From: a bacterium | GTDB taxonomy: Bacteria; SZUA-182; DTGQ01; JAFGSM01 | Direction: 5' to 3' | NCBI GenBank assembly: GCA_049472355.1 | Contig: JBLIRP010000026.1 | Span: forward strand, 1-14,610 | DNA length: 14,610 nucleotides | Shown here: one piece after another, positions 1-6,773 of the stretch | Numbering within the stretch: the first letter of the stretch is position 1 | Layout of the letters: the number at the start of each line of letters is the position of its first letter | The notes under the pieces: generated by a model | The model's input: the letters and a program-made list of their open reading frames with translations, nothing else | Told to the model about the DNA's origin: nothing | Databases searched by the model: none | Made by a program: the position numbers and the translations under genes

Positions 1-86
1 GTTTTTGCCGCCACCCTTTTTGCCGCACCGTTTTTTACCCTCCCCGGATTCCGTCTTTCCTTCAATCTCCTCACATATGTATCCAT
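1..86 (-). CDS. possible 5' end of a divergent gene running off the left edge (MDTYVRRLKERRNPGRVKNGAAKRVAAK...)
   Basis: ATG at 86-84 and open frame to position 1. Only 28 codons are visible, with no recognisable motif and no clear RBS. Confidence 0.2.
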   Translation of the reverse strand, partial: MDTYVRRLKERRNPGRVKNGAAKRVAAK

Positions 87-413
87 AGATCCTGAGCCTT
101 CATGTCGTATCCTGTCAGGCACCTGAATGCCGCACCGGTTAGCGCAACGAAATCCCAAAGCCGCTTTTGTCAAATTTCCAGTAATCGGTCAATATATTGT
201 AAGAAAGGTAAGGGTAACTGAGTAGCTCCGCTTCGCTCCGCCTGACGAAGTCTTGTTTGACCCCTCGCGCAAGAAATGGAGCAATTAGGGCTTCCAAGAA
301 TTTCAACCAATAAAATCAAAATAATATAGATTGAACCCACCCGATCTTTTCGACACCCTGAACACTTACGCCCCCTGTAAGGAATACGCTGCATTTCCCC
401 CTGAAACTTCTCA

Positions 414-443
414 TTGACAGGGATTGTGATTATTTGATAGAAT
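414..443 (+). promoter_or_regulatory. sigma70-type promoter of the redox operon
   Basis: TTGACA (414-419), 18-nt spacer, TAGAAT (438-443), with an extended -10 TG at 435-436. It lies about 140 nt upstream of the ATG at 582. Confidence 0.7.
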
Positions 444-476
444 CAATTGTAAGAAACTCAACGAGTTATATATTTT

Positions 477-498
477 ATCATCATGATTTCAAGATGAT
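477..498. promoter_or_regulatory. near-perfect 22-bp palindrome, candidate operator
   Basis: ATCATCATGA-TT-TCAAGATGAT, arms 9/10 complementary, located just downstream of the predicted transcription start. Confidence 0.4.
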
Positions 499-581
499 GG
501 ACCCAATGACCGCTCCGATGCCTCTACAATCATATCGGGGAGGCATGGGGGTCCACTGAATCCTTAGTGAAGGAGTGCACC

Positions 582-1106
582 ATGAAGAAGGTCATCTACC
601 TGGATATCGAGAAATGCCTGGGATGCAGAAGCTGTATCTTTGCCTGCGCTGTGGAACACTCCACGTCGAAGAACAGGATCGAGGCAGTATCCGAAACACC
701 CCGGCCCAAGGCGCGGCTCCACATGGTGGTCGCTGAAGGGACCGCCGTACCCCTGCAGTGCCGTCACTGCGAGGATGCGCCGTGCGTCGCCGTGTGCCCG
801 ACCAGGGCGATCGAAAAGCTCGGTCCTCAGGAGCCGGTGATCATCCATGAGAGAAGGTGCATAGGATGCACCTTCTGCATGGTTGTGTGTCCGTTCGGTG
901 TCATATCCCTGTCCAGCGAAGGCAGGGCTGCCGTCAAGTGCGACCGATGCGTGGAGCGCGAGCAACAGGGAAGGCTCCCCGCATGCGTCGAGGCGTGCCC
1001 GACCGGCGCCCTTCAGTTCCTGAGCATCGATGAAATCAACGAGAAGAAACGAGACCGGGCCGCAAGGAAGGAATTGGCTGCCCTGGCAGAGGCGGAGAAG
1101 CTGTAG
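582..1106 (+). CDS. 4x[4Fe-4S] electron-transfer protein, HycB/HydN/CooF (DmsB-fold) family
   Basis: Motifs CLGCRSCIFAC, CRHCEDAPCVAVCP, CIGCTFCMVVCPFG and KCDRC...PACVEACPTGAL, plus a basic C-terminal helix (KKRDRAAR). RBS AAGGAG at 570-575 favours ATG 582 over GTG 567. Confidence 0.9.
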   Translation: MKKVIYLDIEKCLGCRSCIFACAVEHSTSKNRIEAVSETPRPKARLHMVVAEGTAVPLQCRHCEDAPCVAVCPTRAIEKLGPQEPVIIHERRCIGCTFCMVVCPFGVISLSSEGRAAVKCDRCVEREQQGRLPACVEACPTGALQFLSIDEINEKKRDRAARKELAALAEAEKL

Positions 1107-1114
1107 TTCTTTCG

Positions 1115-1152
1115 GGAAGGCCCTCCAGCCGCGGATCGCATCAGGGTCTTCC
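1115..1152 (+). other. intergenic stem-loop without U-tract
   Basis: GGAAGGCCCT (1115-1124) pairs with AGGGTCTTCC (1143-1152), 10 bp including one G-U. Confidence 0.4.
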
Positions 1153-1188
1153 ACCGCCGTGCACATTCTCCGTATTGGGGGGAATATT

Positions 1189-1446
1189 GTGATCGAGGTA
1201 ACCGTATGCGTCGGCAGTTCGTGCCATATTAAGGGTTCCAGGAAATTTATCGAACAGCTCAACAAGCTGATTGCCGAGTATAAGCTGGAGGATATGGTAT
1301 CGCTCAAGGGCTCCTTTTGCCTCGAACACTGCGGCGAAGGTTTCAACTGGAAGATCGGTGATACCTTATATAGCTGCAAGGACATTCACGAGGCGGAACG
1401 AATCTTCCGTGAAAAGGTTATAACCCCCTTGACAGGAAAGGAATAA
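1189..1446 (+). CDS. small thioredoxin-like [2Fe-2S] ferredoxin (NuoE C-terminal-like, HfsA-like)
   Basis: VCVGSSCHIKGS...GSFCLEHC (CX4C...CX3C). GTG start at 1189 after a G-rich RBS at 1177-1183. The stop overlaps the next ATG (TAATG). Confidence 0.85.
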   Translation: MIEVTVCVGSSCHIKGSRKFIEQLNKLIAEYKLEDMVSLKGSFCLEHCGEGFNWKIGDTLYSCKDIHEAERIFREKVITPLTGKE

Positions 1447-3116
1447 TGCCCCTTATAACGACCACCCCTTCCCATTGCAGGGATTGCTACAAATGCCTGC
1501 GATCCTGCCCGCTCAAGGCAATAAGGATCTGCAAGGGGGCGGTGCAAATCGAGGAAAGCCGCTGCATCTTCGACGGGCGGTGTATCACCTTTTGCCCCCA
1601 GGGCGCCATCCAGGCGGTCGGGGAGGTGAACAGGGTAAAAAAATACATCCGTGCAAAGGGACGGGTTATCGCAAGCCTGTCTCCCACCACAGCCCTGGCC
1701 TTCGGGGGGAACCCCGAAGGGATCACGGACGCGTTCATGAAACTGGGATTTGCAGGGGTGGAATATATGGCGGACGCCGGTGCCGCCATGGTCAGGGAAT
1801 ACGAGCGGGTACTACCCGGTCTTGCTCGGCCGGTCATCTCCTCTCACTGCCCCGCCGTCTGCGAACTGATGGAGAAATACTTCCCCGAGGCATTGAATCA
1901 TCTTGCACCTGTAGCCGACCCTGCAGTATGTCACGCACGCATCATCAAGTCACGGGAAGAGGGGCCCTGCCGAGTGATCTACGTCGGTCCGTGCCTTGCC
2001 CAACGGCTCCGGGAGGGAGAGGACCTTGACGCAGTGCTGACACTGCTCGAGGTGGAAAACTGGTTTGTGGAGGAGGGGATTGAGATTTCGCCCCTATCCA
2101 TCGAAAACCGCAAAAAGCAGCGTCTGGGTTCTGCTGGGGCGCTTGCGGTTTCCGGGGGGTTGCTCTCATCGCTCAATCTCAAGGAGTCGATTGCCGGGGG
2201 CAGGAGCATCTCCCTTTCAGGGTTGGAGGATTGTATCAAATTCCTGAAAAATCTTCCTTCCGAGGAATCCGGTCTTGAATTTGCGGATCTCATGGCATGC
2301 CCCGGCGGATGTATCAACGGCCCCTTTCTGCGGACAAAGCAGGACACCGTAAGCAGGCGATTCGCCCTTGCCACGGGCGTCGTCCATGCGCCGGAGTCAC
2401 TTGTCGTAGCGGCGGACCTTACACGGAAGCCGCGGCCCAGGCCGTTCGTGCCCCCGAAAACGAGCCAGGAGGAGGTCAACTACGTGCTGCGCCACCACAC
2501 CAGTCACCTCGATTGCGGCATCTGCGGCTACGACAGTTGTCTCCAGAAGGCGAAGGCCGTGTGCGAGGGGATGGCGGATGTGGAGATCTGCGTGCCCATG
2601 ATACGAACACAGGGGCAGGAGACCCTTTCCATCCTGGAATACACCCCGAATGGGGTGGTGCTCGTGGATACGGGCACCAGGATACGTTTTGCAAACCCCT
2701 CGTTTTACCGCATGTTCAAGTGTGAAGGGGAAAACGTGCTCGGGAGGCCGGTCGCCGATTTCATCCATACCGATTGCTTCGAAGAGGCCATCAAGAGCGC
2801 CAAGAGCACCAATTTCAAGAGAAGCATCCCGGAATTGGGGGTGAGTTTTCGGGCGTGCATCTTTCCGATCACGGGAGAGGCGCTCTTTTGCGGTATCCTG
2901 AATGATATCTCCGAGGAGGAGGAGGCCCGGCAGGAATTCGTGAAGGTGAAGGACGAAACCCTTCAAAGGGCCCAGGAGGTCATCGGCCGCCAGATGAAAA
3001 CAGCCCAGGAGATAGCGGGACTGCTCGGTGAGACCACTGCGGAAACCAAGGTGCTGCTCGTCAAGCTCATGAATCTTTTTGAGGAGAAGGAAACACCGGG
3101 TGATGTTCTTCTATGA
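1446..3116 (+). CDS. sensory [FeFe]-hydrogenase-like protein (group C, HydS/HfsB-like): 2x[4Fe-4S], H-cluster-fold domain, FeS domain, PAS
   Basis: N-terminal CRDCYKCLRSCP and CIFDGRCITFCP; L1-like ISSHCP, L2-like GPCLAQ, L3-like DLMACPGGCING; CGICGYDSC...C FeS motif; PAS (TPNGVVLVD...FANPSF); family-typical tail QMKTAQEIAGLLGETTAETKVLL. Confidence 0.88.
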   Translation: MPLITTTPSHCRDCYKCLRSCPLKAIRICKGAVQIEESRCIFDGRCITFCPQGAIQAVGEVNRVKKYIRAKGRVIASLSPTTALAFGGNPEGITDAFMKLGFAGVEYMADAGAAMVREYERVLPGLARPVISSHCPAVCELMEKYFPEALNHLAPVADPAVCHARIIKSREEGPCRVIYVGPCLAQRLREGEDLDAVLTLLEVENWFVEEGIEISPLSIENRKKQRLGSAGALAVSGGLLSSLNLKESIAGGRSISLSGLEDCIKFLKNLPSEESGLEFADLMACPGGCINGPFLRTKQDTVSRRFALATGVVHAPESLVVAADLTRKPRPRPFVPPKTSQEEVNYVLRHHTSHLDCGICGYDSCLQKAKAVCEGMADVEICVPMIRTQGQETLSILEYTPNGVVLVDTGTRIRFANPSFYRMFKCEGENVLGRPVADFIHTDCFEEAIKSAKSTNFKRSIPELGVSFRACIFPITGEALFCGILNDISEEEEARQEFVKVKDETLQRAQEVIGRQMKTAQEIAGLLGETTAETKVLLVKLMNLFEEKETPGDVLL

Positions 3117-4245
3117 ATTCGCAGCGGGGCAGATCTCCAAGTCACACGAGGAGCTGTGCGGAGACAGCGTGGCATTCTCCTCTCACCACAACGATGTCAC
3201 CATGGTGCTCTCGGATGGATTGGGAAGCGGTGTCAAGGCGAATATCCTGGCGACGCTTACCACCCGCATGCTCACCTGCATGCTGGACAATGGACTGCCC
3301 CTCAGGGAGGTGGTAAAAACCGTCACCGAGACCCTGCCGGTGTGCAAGGTACGGCGGCTGGCGTACAGCACCTTTTCCGTAGCCCAGCTTTTTTCGGACG
3401 GCGAGGGCCGTTTGGTGGAATTCGACAGCCCGTCGGCCTTTGTTTTCAGGGGCAACAACCTTCAGGATCTCAACTGGGAACTCATTTCCATCTCCCAGAA
3501 GAATATACGGGCATGCAATCTGAAATTGCACACCGGAGACTGGCTCGTATTCGTCTCCGACGGGGTTATCAGCGCCGGGATCGGTGGGCTCTATCCCCTC
3601 GGGTGGGGCTGGGACCAGGTGGCGCACTACCTGGCGAATCATCTCGCTGAGCCGGTATCCGCCCAGGAGGTCGTGAACGCCACCCTGGAAACGGTGAGCA
3701 GCCTGTATGCGGGCCCACCCGGTGACGATGTGACCGTGGCCATCATCAAGGTGCGCCACAAGCGGTTCCTGACCATTTTGTTCGGCCCGCCCCTTAATCA
3801 ACAGGAAGATCCGATAGTCGTTGAAGACCTCATGAACGCCGAGGGACGGCGGGTGGTGTGCGGCGGCACAACGGCGAACATCGTGGCCCGGCACCTGGGC
3901 AAGGAACTCTCGGTGGATCTGGGCACCATGACCGAGGATGTTCCTCCCCTGGGACATATCGACGGCATCGACCTGGTGACCGAAGGGGTGCTGACGATGA
4001 CCCGCCTGGTGACGATGCTCCAGAAGGGGCTCACCGCAAGTTCCCGAAGGTTCCAGGTGGACAGCTCAAGCGCCTTGCTGAGGCTGCTGGAGGAGGCGGA
4101 CAGCATCAGGCTCCTGGTTGGACAGGCAAAGAACCCTGCACATCAGGACCCGAACCTTCCCGTGGAGATCAAGACCGAATTGGCACGAGAGCTCCAGGAT
4201 TACCTCATCAAGCGGAACAAGGAGTGTTCGATAGAATACTTTTGA
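3103..4245 (+). CDS. SpoIIE/PP2C-family Ser/Thr protein phosphatase (HfsC-like)
   Basis: EELCGD, LSDGLGSGVKANIL, VSDGV and GDDVTV metal-binding motifs, plus a C-terminal VVCGGTTANIVAR...LVTEGVLT domain typical of hydrogenase-linked phosphatases. Overlaps the upstream gene; the start could be GTG 3100. Confidence 0.88.
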   Translation: MFFYEFAAGQISKSHEELCGDSVAFSSHHNDVTMVLSDGLGSGVKANILATLTTRMLTCMLDNGLPLREVVKTVTETLPVCKVRRLAYSTFSVAQLFSDGEGRLVEFDSPSAFVFRGNNLQDLNWELISISQKNIRACNLKLHTGDWLVFVSDGVISAGIGGLYPLGWGWDQVAHYLANHLAEPVSAQEVVNATLETVSSLYAGPPGDDVTVAIIKVRHKRFLTILFGPPLNQQEDPIVVEDLMNAEGRRVVCGGTTANIVARHLGKELSVDLGTMTEDVPPLGHIDGIDLVTEGVLTMTRLVTMLQKGLTASSRRFQVDSSSALLRLLEEADSIRLLVGQAKNPAHQDPNLPVEIKTELARELQDYLIKRNKECSIEYF

Positions 4246-4260
4246 TAAAAGGGGATGTGC

Positions 4261-4821
4261 ATGAAAAAGGATAACGGTACCACCAAAAAACGCCCGACCA
4301 AAACAAGTACGGCCGGCACCACGGAGGGCCCTTCACAGCTTGTAGATCGCCTTCTGGATCGCTACAACCGGAAAAGGGGGATGCTGATACCCATCATGCA
4401 GGACATACAGGAGGAATGCCAGTACCTTCCCGTGGATGTCCTCAAGGAGCTCTCCCTGCGCATGGAGGTCCCCCTCAGCCAGATATTTTCCGTGGCCACC
4501 TTCTACGCCATGTTCCGCCTGGCGCCTCCCGGGGAGCACCAGATCACCCTGTGCATGGGAACGGTGTGCTTTCTGAAGGGTGCGGGCAAGGTGGCCGAGG
4601 CCATACAGCGTGAATTTTCCGTAGAGGCGGGGGGCACCAGCCCGGACCGGAAGTTCACCTTTAAGCCGGTAAACTGCGTGGGTGCATGTGCCCTGGCCCC
4701 GGTCATGATCGTCGACGGGACCTATTACGATGCGGTCACCCCTGAGTCGGCCATCGACATTCTCCATGACGTGGCCGGAGGAAAAAAATCCGCGCACGAC
4801 GCTTCGTCCGAGGGGGAATAA
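4261..4821 (+). CDS. nuoE: NuoE/HydC-like [2Fe-2S] subunit
   Basis: LIPIMQDIQE, VATFY, CMGTVC...NCVGACALAP. RBS AGGGGA at 4250-4255 favours ATG 4261. The symbol denotes homology, not membership of complex I. Confidence 0.9.
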   Translation: MKKDNGTTKKRPTKTSTAGTTEGPSQLVDRLLDRYNRKRGMLIPIMQDIQEECQYLPVDVLKELSLRMEVPLSQIFSVATFYAMFRLAPPGEHQITLCMGTVCFLKGAGKVAEAIQREFSVEAGGTSPDRKFTFKPVNCVGACALAPVMIVDGTYYDAVTPESAIDILHDVAGGKKSAHDASSEGE

Positions 4822-4836
4822 CCAGATGGTTCAGGA

Positions 4837-4859
4837 TGCCCCTCCTGTTGTGAGGGGCA
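4837..4859 (+). other. intergenic stem-loop without U-tract
   Basis: TGCCCCTC / GAGGGGCA perfect 8-bp stem with a 7-nt loop, between the nuoE-like and nuoF-like genes. Confidence 0.45.
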
Positions 4860-4884
4860 CCGGGATTCTAACAGAAAAGAGGGA

Positions 4885-6759
4885 ATGGCATTGAGTACTG
4901 CAACAGCACGGTTACAGAGCGTTCAGGCACTGAAGGAATACGGAAAATCGCTCAAAAGGGGCAAAACCGGGAAGGAAAAGGTGGTGCGGGTGTGCATCGG
5001 CACCGGCTGCCAGGCAAAGGGATCCATGGAGGTACTGAAGGCATTCCAGGACGCGCTCAAGGAGATGGGCACCTCCAGGGTCAGGATCGAGACCAAGCGA
5101 ACGGGGTGCCACGGCCTCTGCGAGCTCGGTCCGATAGTGGTCGTTGATCCTGGCGAGATCATCTATCTCCGGGTGCAGCCCTCCGACGTGCCGGAGATCT
5201 TCAGGGAAACCGTCATGCTGGGGCATGTGGTGGAGCGTCTGCTCTACGAAACGACAGCCGAGGGAGCGAGGGCGAAGACCCCCATGGAGATCCCCTTCTA
5301 CAATCTCCAGAGGCGCATCGTGCTCGCCCTCAACGGGGTGATCGACCCCACCAGCATCGATGACTACATCCTCCAGGAGGGTTATGAGGGGATGGCCACG
5401 GCGCTCACCACCATGCAGCCCGATGAGATCATTGATTGGGTGGAGCGTTCCGGCCTCAGGGGCAGGGGGGGAGGAGGGTTTCCCACCGGCCGGAAGTGGC
5501 GCACCTGCCGCCGGACCGGACGCGAGCCCCGCTACGTGATCTGCAACGGGGATGAAGGGGACCCCGGCGCCTTCATGGACCGCTCCATCATGGAGGGCAA
5601 CCCCCACGCGGTGATCGAGGGGATGATCATCGGTGCCTATGCGGTCGGCGCCCATGAGGGATTCATCTACGTGCGCCACGAGTATCCCCTGGCAGTCAAG
5701 CACCTCACCATGGCAATCGCCCAGGCAAAGGAGATGGGCCTCCTCGGCGAGGACATCCTGGGTACCGGATTCAACTTCGACATCACCATAAACCGGGGAG
5801 GAGGCGCATTCATCTGCGGTGAGTCAACGGCACTCATGGCCTCTCTGGAGGGGAGAATCGGAGAGCCAAGGGCCAAGTACGTGCACACCGTGGAATACGG
5901 TCTCAACGACTGCCCCACGGTGTTGAACAATGTGGAGACCTGGGCGACCGTGCCCGCCGTCATCCGCAACGGCCCGGATTGGCTTTCCTCCATAGGCACC
6001 GACCGGAGCAAGGGCACCAAGGTGTTCAGCCTGGTGGGCAAGGTGAACAACACGGGGCTGGTGGAGGTGCCCATGGGGATGACCCTGCGGGAGATCATCT
6101 TCGGCATCGGCGGCGGGGTGCAAGGCGGCCGCCCCTTCAAGGCGGTCCAGACCGGCGGTCCGTCGGGGGGCTGTCTTCCCGAGTCGCTCATAGATCTCCC
6201 GGTGGATTTCGATCGCCTCACCGAGGTGGGTTCCATGATGGGCTCCGGCGGTATGATCGTCATGGACGATACCACCTGCATGGTCAACGTGGCCAAGTAC
6301 TTCCTGAATTTCCTCAGGCAGGAGTCCTGCGGGAAGTGCACCCCCTGCCGCGAGGGCATCGCCCAGATGCTCCACATCCTGCAGCGCATTACCAAGGGGC
6401 AAGGGGAGTCGGGAGACATCGAAATGCTGGAGGGACTGGCCGAGCTTCTGGCTGATTCTGCGCTCTGCGCCCTGGGAAAGACCGCAGCGAACCCGGTGCT
6501 CTCCACCCTGAGGTACTTCCGCAACGAGTATGAGGAGCACATCCGCGAAAGGCACTGCCCGGCCCTGGAGTGTCCGGGGTTATTCCGTTTCGAGATCCAG
6601 GAGGACCTCTGCAAGGGGTGCGGCATATGCCTCAAGAAATGCCCCATGGACGCCATCAGCGGGGAGAAGAAGAAGCCCCACGCCATCGACCAGGAGAAAT
6701 GCACCCAGTGCGGTGTATGTTTTGCAAAGTGTCCCTTTTCTGCAGTCATAAAGATATAA
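4885..6759 (+). CDS. nuoF: NuoF/HydB-like FMN, NAD(P)H-binding subunit, long form with N-terminal [2Fe-2S] and C-terminal 2x[4Fe-4S]
   Basis: CIGTGC...[59 protein letters not shown]...[26 protein letters not shown] and [12 protein letters not shown]. Confidence 0.93.
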   Translation: MALSTATARLQSVQALKEYGKSLKRGKTGKEKVVRVCIGTGCQAKGSMEVLKAFQDALKEMGTSRVRIETKRTGCHGLCELGPIVVVDPGEIIYLRVQPSDVPEIFRETVMLGHVVERLLYETTAEGARAKTPMEIPFYNLQRRIVLALNGVIDPTSIDDYILQEGYEGMATALTTMQPDEIIDWVERSGLRGRGGGGFPTGRKWRTCRRTGREPRYVICNGDEGDPGAFMDRSIMEGNPHAVIEGMIIGAYAVGAHEGFIYVRHEYPLAVKHLTMAIAQAKEMGLLGEDILGTGFNFDITINRGGGAFICGESTALMASLEGRIGEPRAKYVHTVEYGLNDCPTVLNNVETWATVPAVIRNGPDWLSSIGTDRSKGTKVFSLVGKVNNTGLVEVPMGMTLREIIFGIGGGVQGGRPFKAVQTGGPSGGCLPESLIDLPVDFDRLTEVGSMMGSGGMIVMDDTTCMVNVAKYFLNFLRQESCGKCTPCREGIAQMLHILQRITKGQGESGDIEMLEGLAELLADSALCALGKTAANPVLSTLRYFRNEYEEHIRERHCPALECPGLFRFEIQEDLCKGCGICLKKCPMDAISGEKKKPHAIDQEKCTQCGVCFAKCPFSAVIKI

Positions 6760-6773
6760 CCTTGGAGAGGAGT

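Noticed and set aside
214..369. Possible MITE/IS remnant bounded by GTAACTGAGTAG and CTGAACACTTAC
   Set aside because: The ends are only 8/12 complementary, with no target duplication and no transposase. It cannot be supported without a genome-wide repeat search.
170..394. 74-aa minus-strand ORF
   Set aside because: No motif or RBS; it lies in regulatory intergenic DNA.
493..528. Fluoride-riboswitch-like 3' motif (GATGCCTCTAC)
   Set aside because: The complementary GAGGC strand lies downstream rather than in a 5' GGCGATGAGGC-type segment, so the pseudoknot cannot form. The downstream genes are unrelated to fluoride.
6570..6773. N-terminal extension of the hytD-like ORF (and likewise 1030-1188 of the hfsA-like ORF)
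   Set aside because: These overlap the upstream genes; the real starts with RBS and family-typical N-termini are at 6774 and 1189.
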